Assembly (NCBI GenBank): GCA_039796775.1
Contig: JBDKJD010000006.1
Location: forward strand, 1-52,028
Length of the DNA stretch: 52,028 nt
Direction of reading: 5' to 3'
Origin: Candidatus Parcubacteria bacterium
GTDB taxonomy: Bacteria; Patescibacteriota; Minisyncoccia; Phycocordibacterales; UBA5272
This document shows, in pieces, positions 1 through 8,107 of this stretch. Below the pieces are notes generated by a model, which was given only the letters and a program-made list of their open reading frames with translations, had not been told where the DNA came from and did no database searches. Every line of letters starts with the position of its first letter. Within the stretch, counting starts at the first letter, position 1. The position numbers and the translations under genes were made by a program.

Positions 1-1853
1 ATGTATAACTTAATAACCCCACTAATATCAAAAACTTTTTCTGACAGGTTGCCGACTATTTCTCCTAATAGCGTTTCCTCAACTTGTTCAAGGTTAAATA
101 AGAAACTCTCCTCAACTTTTTCTGTTTTATCAAAATACCAACTTAATATATTAAATTGTGTTGCGTATATTCTTTCTATATCATCATCGAACCTATGTTT
201 TATTCCATAGATAATTCTTAAGTTATTTTGTACCGACTGAATAATAGGTAAGCCTAACTGTTTATTTTCTAAACCAGTATCTCTTGCAAGATCAAGTAAG
301 TAGTCACTCCATCTTTCGAGTAACCTAATGTATGCATTTTTTAACTCTTCTTTCTTATCTTTATCATCTAGATCAAAAATTGCATTGATGATATTAACTA
401 ACCATTCATGAAAACCCATATGTAGCTCATTAATAGATAAGTTGATACCACTTGCTAATGACAAAGCTAGAATGCTTTTCTTCAAGTTTTTGAATAAATC
501 CTTCCAAAGAACTTCATCATAAGGATATTTATCCCAACTAATTTTTATTTGATTTAGATAGATATTAACAATTTCTTTAAGTAGAGATTCTTTTTGGATA
601 TCTAATAAACAAGAAGTCGTTAACCTATCAACTGCTTGTGTAATTTGGCTATAATTAAAATGATTATATTCGTTTTTCAGTAAAATATTAGAAACTTTCG
701 AAATAGATTTTATTGATTCCCAGATCCAGTCTCTTTCCTTTGAATCAGCTAATTTATTAATAAAACCAATATAGTAGCTCAGAATCAAACTCAGGATAGG
801 GTTTTCTCCTTGTGCTCCAATATTTTTATCTGCATATTTTATAGTACTTGAATTTATAATGAGATTTTCATAAATATTTAGAAGGTAGTAGATATTTTCC
901 TTTCGCTTTTCTTGAATAATTCTATTGCTAATAGATTCCAGATATTCCAAAACGCTTGTGGTGAAATTTTCATCCTCAAATGTATAGCTCCCCCAGTAAC
1001 TAGATGGGAATCTCATTATATGACCGTTTCTTAAACTTAAGTGATGAATGTAGATATCGTTAATACATCTTAATGTTAAATTAAAAGAATTTATCTCATT
1101 TTTTGAAAGTAATCTTAATCCAATCTCGTAAAGGTGCTTGATATTTTCTAAGATAACAACATTCCATTGAGGGTTAGACTTATACTGAATAGATGTAGAT
1201 AGGTTTTTGGCGTCATCGTCATGTTCAAAAATTTTATTCTGAATATGTGCATGTTTTTTAAGCTCCTTACTAACCTTATTAAGGTGAGTTACTGCATCAT
1301 TTCTAATTTTTGTTAGAGTTGTTTCTGGGTTAACTCTCTGACGTAATTCTTTATACAAAGAATAAATTAAAATAAATGCAATATAAAGAATCGAGATTAA
1401 TATTTCTATCACTAAATCATTTAAAATTATAGGGACCAGGAAGGACAATATCGTAAGAATTACCAGTAACCAAAATATATATTTTTCTTTTTTATCTTGA
1501 ATAAATCTATCTAAGTATCTGGTTGAAAAAAGATCTGCTGTGCTCTGTAGAATAAAAGTTGAAAAAGAAAATATAATAGCAATCGACGCACCAATTATTC
1601 CCGCAACAGAGCTACCTAAACCTATTAACTGATCTTGCTTTAGAGTTACGCCGAGGCAAGGTAATGCTCTGTGAATGATTGAAATGAGAATACTAAAGAT
1701 AAGAGTGTAAAAAAGAAAGGAATCATTTAGTACTGAAAAATATTCTTTTGTTTTGATCCAGCAGATATTAATATACTGTTTTGATTTAAAAAAATACAAA
1801 AAGAACTTCTGTTTTGCTGATAGATTATTAAGTCCTTGTGTCTTGTCTTTCAT
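1..1853 (-). CDS. Membrane protein, >617 aa, 3'-partial: about 4 N-terminal TM helices (DUF2254-like) plus a long helical cytoplasmic region
   Basis: Translated by hand from ATG at 1853 (MKDKTQGLNNLSAKQKFFLY...GIIGASIAIIFSFSTFILQSTADLFSTRYLDRFIQD...). The frame stays open to the window edge, so it is absent from the ORF track. The DUF2254 likeness is by motif resemblance only. Confidence 0.85.
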   Translation of the reverse strand, partial: MKDKTQGLNNLSAKQKFFLYFFKSKQYINICWIKTKEYFSVLNDSFLFYTLIFSILISIIHRALPCLGVTLKQDQLIGLGSSVAGIIGASIAIIFSFSTFILQSTADLFSTRYLDRFIQDKKEKYIFWLLVILTILSFLVPIILNDLVIEILISILYIAFILIYSLYKELRQRVNPETTLTKIRNDAVTHLNKVSKELKKHAHIQNKIFEHDDDAKNLSTSIQYKSNPQWNVVILENIKHLYEIGLRLLSKNEINSFNLTLRCINDIYIHHLSLRNGHIMRFPSSYWGSYTFEDENFTTSVLEYLESISNRIIQEKRKENIYYLLNIYENLIINSSTIKYADKNIGAQGENPILSLILSYYIGFINKLADSKERDWIWESIKSISKVSNILLKNEYNHFNYSQITQAVDRLTTSCLLDIQKESLLKEIVNIYLNQIKISWDKYPYDEVLWKDLFKNLKKSILALSLASGINLSINELHMGFHEWLVNIINAIFDLDDKDKKEELKNAYIRLLERWSDYLLDLARDTGLENKQLGLPIIQSVQNNLRIIYGIKHRFDDDIERIYATQFNILSWYFDKTEKVEESFLFNLEQVEETLLGEIVGNLSEKVFDISGVIKLY

Positions 1854-1934
1854 TACATTTTTATTATATATTTTAGCATATTTTACTTGCTTTTTATATT
1901 TTCTATTGTCACATAAAGATGATAAAATACCTTT

Positions 1935-2198
1935 ATGAGTAAAGACCAAAACCCAGAATTAATAGTTCATGATGATAAGACGGTATGGAGAACGGCCACA
2001 TGTTCTTGTGGTAAGGTTATTTATAAAAAATGCCTAACAAACGACAAGATTGAGCTATTGGTTAGTAAAGGACCAGGTGGATATAAAAAACAGAATATTA
2101 TAAATCATAATAATCCAAGCATGATCACCATCTCTTGTCCTCATTGTAATTTAGAACATATTGTTGGAAATGTTTCTGAAGTGCTTACTTTTGAATAA
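1935..2198 (+). CDS. Small zinc-ribbon protein resembling Mu Com-like regulators
   Basis: CSCGK and ITISCPHC cysteine pairs in 87 aa; lies directly upstream of a DNA-modification gene. Confidence 0.6.
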   Translation: MSKDQNPELIVHDDKTVWRTATCSCGKVIYKKCLTNDKIELLVSKGPGGYKKQNIINHNNPSMITISCPHCNLEHIVGNVSEVLTFE

Positions 2199-2220
2199 TT
2201 TTCTTGTATTTTAATGTGTG

Positions 2221-2229
2221 TGGTATAAT
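2221..2229 (+). promoter_or_regulatory. Extended -10 promoter (TGnTATAAT) for the methyltransferase-terminase operon
   Basis: TGGTATAAT at 2221-2229, about 150 nt before the ATG at 2380. Confidence 0.6.
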
Positions 2230-2246
2230 ATTAGATAACAATTAGA

Positions 2247-2341
2247 AGAGCTTAGATCTGGAACGCCCAGACATTATATTTGTAGAGATACAAATATGTG
2301 TTTGGGTGTTTTTGTTTTTTATACCTAAGCTCTCAAACACA
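2247..2341 (+). ncRNA. Candidate structured 5' leader / attenuator of the methyltransferase-terminase operon
   Basis: Outer stem 2247-2255/2325-2333. 13-bp stem 2262-2274/2298-2310 that needs G-U pairs. Inner perfect 9-bp stem with a GAGA tetraloop. A U-rich tract follows. Confidence 0.6.
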
Positions 2342-2379
2342 CTCTTTTGATTTGTTTTATCAATTAACAAATTAAAATT

Positions 2380-3654
2380 ATGAATAAATTAAATTGGACA
2401 ACAGTCCAAAGAAAAGTAAACGATCTCATTCCGCAAGAGATTAACCCTCGTAAGATTACTGATAAGCAAATGAAGGATCTTACAAAAAGCTTAAAGAAAT
2501 ATAACCTTGTAGAAATTCCTGCAATAGATCTAAACGGTAAAATTCTTGCAGGTCATCAGCGTATAAAAGCACTTCAGTTGCTTGGTAGGGGTGAAGAAGT
2601 AATTGATGTTCGTATTCCAAACAGAAAACTCACTGACGATGAATCAAAACAATACTTGATTGCAAGTAATGCTTTAGGTGGTGATTGGGATACAGAACTC
2701 CTTAAAACTTTTGAACTTGATCTTCTTCTTGATTCAGGATTTGAATCACTAGAACTTGCTAAGTTCTGGGATGAGGATAAAGAAGTTAAGGAGGATAAGT
2801 TTGATATAGAAAAAGAGTTAAAGAAAATCACTCACCCTGTTACAAAACTTGGCGATGTGATTCGTCTTGGTAATCACAAAATAATTTGTGGTGATTCAAC
2901 AAAACAAGAAACTCTTACTAAGTTATTCAGAAACGAAAAAGCAAGCATGATCTACTCTGATCCTGTCTACAACATAAACATCAATTATGACGGCGGTATA
3001 GGAGGTAAGAAAGATTACGGAGGTAATGTAAATGATTCTCGTACTTTTGAAGAGTACAAAATATTTATCAAGGATAGTCTCTCGTCTGCATTATCAGTAA
3101 GCGAAGAAAATACTCATGTATTTTACTGGTGCGATCAAATCTATATAGGATTAATTCAAGAAGTGTACAGATCGCTTGGCATAGCAAACAAGCGTGTTTG
3201 TTTATGGCTTAAGAATAATCAAAATCCTGTGCCAACCGTAGCTTTTAACAAAGTATATGAACCTGCTGTATACGGAGTAAAAGGTAAACCGTATCTTGCT
3301 GATACAGTTACCATTCTTAACGAAGTGCTTAATAAAGAAATGGGGACAGGTAATGAACTTCTTGACCAAGTAAACGAATTCATAGATATCTGGACAGCGA
3401 AAAGACTTGCTTCCAAAGAGTATGAACATGCAACATCTAAGCCAATCACTCTGCATGAAAAAGCAATCAAAAGATGTACTAAACCAAATGACATTATCTT
3501 AGATAGTTTTCTTGGATCAGGTAGCACACTTCTCTGTGCTGAACAGCTTGGTAGACGAGTGTACGGGTGTGAACTTGAACCTCAATTCTGTGATCTTATT
3601 GTTCGTAGATATGAAGTGTTAACAGGTAAGAAAGCAATCTATGAAAAAGAATAA
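2380..3654 (+). CDS. ParB-like N-terminal domain fused to an N4/N6 DNA methyltransferase (phage type)
   Basis: NPRKI...ILAGHQR ParB/Srx motif; DPVY (DPPY-like catalytic motif); HATSKP; LDSFLGSGST SAM-binding motif. Confidence 0.9.
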   Translation: MNKLNWTTVQRKVNDLIPQEINPRKITDKQMKDLTKSLKKYNLVEIPAIDLNGKILAGHQRIKALQLLGRGEEVIDVRIPNRKLTDDESKQYLIASNALGGDWDTELLKTFELDLLLDSGFESLELAKFWDEDKEVKEDKFDIEKELKKITHPVTKLGDVIRLGNHKIICGDSTKQETLTKLFRNEKASMIYSDPVYNININYDGGIGGKKDYGGNVNDSRTFEEYKIFIKDSLSSALSVSEENTHVFYWCDQIYIGLIQEVYRSLGIANKRVCLWLKNNQNPVPTVAFNKVYEPAVYGVKGKPYLADTVTILNEVLNKEMGTGNELLDQVNEFIDIWTAKRLASKEYEHATSKPITLHEKAIKRCTKPNDIILDSFLGSGSTLLCAEQLGRRVYGCELEPQFCDLIVRRYEVLTGKKAIYEKE

Positions 3655-4042
3655 GTTACAGGATCAGTTTTTAGAAGAACTGACTAAAGTGCCGGTTGTA
3701 CAAGTTGCCTGTGAGAGGACTAATTTATCCCGTAACTCTGTATATCGTTGGAGAAAGGAAGATAAAACATTCGAGAAGAAAATGGATGAAGCAATGAAAG
3801 CGGGAGTTGCTTTCGTGAATGATATGAGCGAGTCACAGTTACTTACTCTTATTAAAGAGAAGAGTTATTCTGCTATCTCTTTTTGGCTTCGTCATAGAAA
3901 TGATAACTATAAGGACAAGATCGAAATAACTACAAAGGAAGACAAAGAAGAACTTACCAAGGAACAGAAGAAAGTAGTTAAAAATGCTCTTAAGTTAGCG
4001 TCTATTACAAAGCAAAAATCTATTAAAAAAATTAACAAATAA
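3641..4042 (+). CDS. Putative terminase small subunit (HTH protein)
   Basis: HTH-like ACERTNLSRNSVYRWRKED and AISFWLRHR segments; overlaps the methyltransferase stop and immediately precedes TerL. Confidence 0.7.
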   Translation: MKKNKLQDQFLEELTKVPVVQVACERTNLSRNSVYRWRKEDKTFEKKMDEAMKAGVAFVNDMSESQLLTLIKEKSYSAISFWLRHRNDNYKDKIEITTKEDKEELTKEQKKVVKNALKLASITKQKSIKKINK

Positions 4043-4047
4043 ATTAT

Positions 4048-5505
4048 ATGAAAAATAATCATATCGCTGACATTATAGATACAAAACTTATTAACAAAAT
4101 GATGAAAGATAAAGCAGTTAGAACGGCTATTAACAAAGAAAGTTTCTTGTATTTTTTCCATTTCTATTATGCTCATTATGTGAAATACAAAACCGCAGAT
4201 TTCCAAAAAGAAATTATGCACTATCTTGAAAGAAGCAGTACTGAAAACTTTTATGTTGTTGCTTTTCGTGGATCTGGTAAATCAACCATGGTTACTACCG
4301 CATATCCAATATGGGCAATTCTTGGAAAACAACAAAAGAAGTTTTGTGTTATTTTTTGCCAAACACGGACACAGGCAAAGCAACACATGATGAACATTAA
4401 AACTGAATTAGAGGCTAATTCTCTATTAAAAAAAGATCTTGGTCCTTTCGATGAGGATTCTGATGAGTGGGGATCTTTTTCTATTGTGTTTAGAAAAAAT
4501 AATGCTCGCATTACTGTTGCATCGACAGAACAAAGTATTCGTGGATTGAGGCATAATGAACATCGTCCAGACCTTATTATTTGTGACGATGTGGAAGATA
4601 TACAATCCACGAGAACTAAAGAAAGTAGAGATAAGACTTATAACTGGTTACGGGGAGAGGTTATGCCGTCAGGAGATAAAAGCACAAGGCTTATAATTGT
4701 TGGCAACTTACTGCACGAAGATTCTTTATTGATGAGGATAAAAGAAGATTTGCAAGAATCAAGAGCTAAAGGAGTCTTTAAAGAGTATCCATTACTAGAC
4801 GAAAAAGGATATTGTTTATGGGGTGGTAAATATGAGAAACAATCAGACATAGATTTAGAGATGGAAAAGATATCAAATAACGCTACTTGGGAAAGAGAGT
4901 TTATGTTAAAAATTATCCCAACCGAAGATCAGGTTATTCAGCGTGAATGGATACAGTATTATGATGAAATACCAGACTACTACGATATGCGAGGTTTTAA
5001 ACTTCATCAAGAAATAAGAGTTGGTGTTGATTTAGCAATTTCTCAAAAAGATACCGCAGATTATACGGCTATGGTTTTAGGAAAAATAGTAGTAAGTCCT
5101 AGGGGTTCAAAGATGTATATCTTACCAAGAGTGGTCAATAAGAGAATATCTTTTCCTCAAACAGTTTTAGAGTGCTTAGCATTAAACGAATCGTATAAGA
5201 ATATTACTTTTGTTATAGAGAATGTTGCTTATCAACAAGCACTACCTGAACAATTAATAAAGGAAGGTGTGGCAAAAATTAGATCACCAAAACCTGTTGG
5301 AGACAAAAGAACTAGACTTGCACTTACTTCTCATCTAATAAAGTCAGGACAGGTGATTTTCCCTAGGTATGGGTGTGAGCAACTAATCAATCAGATAGTT
5401 AATTTTGGAGTTGAAAAACACGATGACCTAGCAGATGCATTTTCAACACTTGTGATTGATCTTATAGAGAAAAAAGTAAGTTACGCTCAAATTTTATATG
5501 TTTAA
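4048..5505 (+). CDS. Phage terminase large subunit (ATPase plus RNase H-like nuclease)
   Basis: Walker A AFRGSGKST; Walker B LIICDDVED; nuclease motifs GVDLA and HDDLADA. Confidence 0.92.
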   Translation: MKNNHIADIIDTKLINKMMKDKAVRTAINKESFLYFFHFYYAHYVKYKTADFQKEIMHYLERSSTENFYVVAFRGSGKSTMVTTAYPIWAILGKQQKKFCVIFCQTRTQAKQHMMNIKTELEANSLLKKDLGPFDEDSDEWGSFSIVFRKNNARITVASTEQSIRGLRHNEHRPDLIICDDVEDIQSTRTKESRDKTYNWLRGEVMPSGDKSTRLIIVGNLLHEDSLLMRIKEDLQESRAKGVFKEYPLLDEKGYCLWGGKYEKQSDIDLEMEKISNNATWEREFMLKIIPTEDQVIQREWIQYYDEIPDYYDMRGFKLHQEIRVGVDLAISQKDTADYTAMVLGKIVVSPRGSKMYILPRVVNKRISFPQTVLECLALNESYKNITFVIENVAYQQALPEQLIKEGVAKIRSPKPVGDKRTRLALTSHLIKSGQVIFPRYGCEQLINQIVNFGVEKHDDLADAFSTLVIDLIEKKVSYAQILYV

Positions 5506-5506
5506 C

Positions 5507-6439
5507 TTACTTGCAAGCATCGGCTAAAACTCTTTTAGGGTATATGGCAAGTAGTTCTTCTAAACTGTTAAAAGTTCTTAAATTAGTTTTAGAAAGTTCT
5601 TGCCATGCAGGACATGTATCAGGATAGTATTTCGTAGCATTTGATGCAGATGAAGTATGGTACTTTGTTTCAGTGCTCACTGTTACAGATACTGTTCCTG
5701 TTGTATTTCCGTTACAAGTATTTGGTGACCAAAGACCAAGTTGATTTTGTTGTGCCAACCTTTGCGCTTCTTTAAATTCTGCTTGATATTTATAAGCAGA
5801 GTTATAAGTGTACTCATGGGCATAACCTTGTTCGATCATGTACTTGTTATAAAAAGTACCATTCTCGGTATAGATATAGGTAAGTAATCTATTGTACTTG
5901 TCACGCTTTCCTTGTGTAGGGTCTTCTTCGACTCTTACTTTCTTTCCTATAAGTAATTCTTTTCCTTTGTTTGATGCTTCTTTACCAAAACACTGTACAG
6001 GTTTACGAGGGTCTACTGTTTCTGGGGTATCTAAACCAATGAGACGAAGTGTCTCTGTTGTTCCGTTAATATTTACTTTAACAGTGTCGCCGTCTACTAC
6101 TTCTACAACTGAATAGTAAGTGTAGCTAGGTTGCTCTTTAGGGGTGACGACAGGCTTTTGATCTGTAACTTTCTGACTGATAACTTTATTTTCAGTTACT
6201 ACTACTTTCTGCTCACTCGTCGTAGCAACTATAGTTTTTGTTTCTTGTTTTTGTACTACTTGTACCTGTTCTTCTTTTGGTAATGTCATTCCGAAAAGAA
6301 TAAAGGAGGACACCATAACTCCTCCTAGTATTCCAAGAACTGATTTTCTTGTATGTAATTTTATTAAATTTGGTTTGATCATGCCGACGATAATGGTAGG
6401 TATTGAAAAAAGAAAAAGTAGAAGAAAAAATGTATTCAT
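5507..6439 (-). CDS. Membrane-anchored thermonuclease (SNase family) with a small Cys-containing C-terminal domain
   Basis: VVDGDT, LRLIGLDTPE, DKYNRLL and GLW SNase motifs; two N-terminal hydrophobic helices. Start moved to ATG 6439 because the longer ORF runs through a structured RNA. Confidence 0.9.
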   Translation of the reverse strand: MNTFFLLLFLFSIPTIIVGMIKPNLIKLHTRKSVLGILGGVMVSSFILFGMTLPKEEQVQVVQKQETKTIVATTSEQKVVVTENKVISQKVTDQKPVVTPKEQPSYTYYSVVEVVDGDTVKVNINGTTETLRLIGLDTPETVDPRKPVQCFGKEASNKGKELLIGKKVRVEEDPTQGKRDKYNRLLTYIYTENGTFYNKYMIEQGYAHEYTYNSAYKYQAEFKEAQRLAQQNQLGLWSPNTCNGNTTGTVSVTVSTETKYHTSSASNATKYYPDTCPAWQELSKTNLRTFNSLEELLAIYPKRVLADACK

Positions 6440-6618
6440 AAAAGTGTGATAGGTCTTTATAAATTGTGGTAGCAAAAAGCCCACCACATGGGTGAGGACT
6501 TTCGTCCTCCATACCCGTTTCCAGGTACGGCCTATCACAGCAAACCCCATATGATGGGTTCTTTACTGTGATAGGACTTTTCACCATGCCAGCTGATAAG
6601 TCAACTGGTTTAGGCTAC
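6440..6618 (-). ncRNA. Candidate multi-stem structured RNA leader upstream of the thermonuclease
   Basis: Two GAAA-tetraloop hairpins (loops 6500-6503 and 6518-6521), a perfect 10-bp stem 6531-6540/6566-6575, a hairpin at 6589-6608 with a G-U pair, and a tetraloop-receptor-like CCUAAA/CAUGG. Confidence 0.65.
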
Positions 6619-6664
6619 TTCAAATTGTTTTTAATACTCTTGTATTAATTACTTAATTATATCG

Positions 6665-6728
6665 CAAAAAGGTCCTTTTGCTAAGGCTTTGTTGCCAACA
6701 TAAAAAGGCTTAGCAAAACTATCTTTTT
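6665..6728. repeat. Imperfect inverted repeat just upstream of the serine recombinase; candidate att/operator site
   Basis: TTTTGCTAAG (6676-6685) / CTTAGCAAAA (6709-6718) with an internal TGTTG-C-CAACA dyad. Confidence 0.5.
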
Positions 6729-6744
6729 CTGTCATTAATATAAT

Positions 6745-8064
6745 ATGGATAATATAGCAATCGGAAAAATAAATACAGAAGTTGTCTTTTCTGAAGAGAA
6801 AATTAAATATGTGCTGTATGCAAGAAAAAGCACAGAACAAGACGAGCTTCAAGCTCTCTCGATAGAATCACAGGTTAAAGAAATGCTACAAATTGCAGAT
6901 AAAGAGCATCTTCATATAGTTGATATTAAAAGAGAGGCACACAGTGCAAAAGCATCAGGACAAAGACCTGTATTTCAAGAAATATTACAAGAGTTAAGAG
7001 TCGGTAAATATACAGGAATACTAACTTGGGCACCAGATAGATTAAGTAGAAATGCAGGCGACCTAGGGTCGCTTGTTGATTTAATGGATCAAAAGAAATT
7101 AATACATATCCAAACGTATACCCAAAAGTTTACTAACGATCCGTCGCAAAAGTTTCTTCTTATGATTTTATGCTCTCAGGCAAAATTAGAGAATGATAAT
7201 AAGTCACTTAATGTTAAACGAGGTTTAAGAGCGAGGGTTGAAATGGGATTATGGCCATGTCGTCCACCAACAGGATATCTCTCAACAAAAAGAACTGATA
7301 AAAAATGTGTTGCTGTTCCAGATCCTGAACGAGCAGAAATAATAAAACAAGTATTTCAAAAAATTGGTAATGATGGTTGGACAGGAATGAAGACATTTAA
7401 ATGGTTGACAGAAGAGATTAAATTCAAAACTGAATTTAATAAACCACTAAGCATGGGTAACTTTTACAGACTTATTGATAACCATTTCTATTACGGCATA
7501 TTTGAGTTTCCAAAAGATAGTGGCCAGTGGTACAAAGGAATACATGAACCTATTATTTCTAAAGAGTTATTTGATTTAACACAGAAAAATATTAAAGATC
7601 ATCTTCTCGAACCAAAATATGCACAAAAAGAATTCGCTTTTACTAGAATGTTTATTTGTGGTGAATGTGGATCAGGCATAACAGCAGATGAAAAGTTTAA
7701 GAAACAGAAGAATGGAAATACTCATAGGTATGTATATTACAAATGCACAAGAACAAAAAATAGAAACTGTAATTCAAAATATTTCAACGAAGAAGATCTT
7801 ATTAATCAACTTCAATCCCTGGCTGATAATCTAGATTTAAATAAAATATCGATAAAGGAGAAAATTACCTTTGAGGTTAAAAGATTTAAAAAGTTTCACA
7901 GTCGACTTCTTGGTAAAACATCACCTATTACTGTGGGTGAAATTGATTTAAGAGATTATGTTAAGTTTATTTTAGCGGAGGGAGAAATTGAAGAAAAAAG
8001 AGAAATATTAAGTTGTTTTAAGAATAAAATTTTAGTAAAAGAGAAGGAATTAAGGCTAGCATAA
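6745..8064 (+). CDS. Large serine recombinase (integrase type)
   Basis: YARKST catalytic Ser motif; DRLSRN; recombinase domain ending HEPIIS; zinc ribbon CGECG...YYKC. Confidence 0.95.
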   Translation: MDNIAIGKINTEVVFSEEKIKYVLYARKSTEQDELQALSIESQVKEMLQIADKEHLHIVDIKREAHSAKASGQRPVFQEILQELRVGKYTGILTWAPDRLSRNAGDLGSLVDLMDQKKLIHIQTYTQKFTNDPSQKFLLMILCSQAKLENDNKSLNVKRGLRARVEMGLWPCRPPTGYLSTKRTDKKCVAVPDPERAEIIKQVFQKIGNDGWTGMKTFKWLTEEIKFKTEFNKPLSMGNFYRLIDNHFYYGIFEFPKDSGQWYKGIHEPIISKELFDLTQKNIKDHLLEPKYAQKEFAFTRMFICGECGSGITADEKFKKQKNGNTHRYVYYKCTRTKNRNCNSKYFNEEDLINQLQSLADNLDLNKISIKEKITFEVKRFKKFHSRLLGKTSPITVGEIDLRDYVKFILAEGEIEEKREILSCFKNKILVKEKELRLA

Positions 8065-8107
8065 AGTCCCTATAAAATAAGACTGAAAAATGTTAAAATA
8101 CCCATTG

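Noticed and set aside
1-210. Plus-strand ORFs 1-210 and 1753-1938
   Set aside because: They are shadows of the long minus-strand gene starting at 1853.
2380-5505. Calling the island a complete prophage
   Set aside because: No portal, capsid, tail, lysis or replication genes are visible in the window.
6213-6587. 124-aa minus-strand ORF and the 37-aa N-terminal extension of the thermonuclease
   Set aside because: Both run through the structured RNA and overlap the nuclease gene. There are no protein-like features, although a leader-peptide role cannot be fully excluded.
6584-6616. c-di-GMP-I riboswitch, suggested by GCCUAAACC
   Set aside because: The upstream GGCAAACC...GAAA...GGGACGCAAAGC core is absent. 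Only the generic tetraloop-receptor-like part matches.
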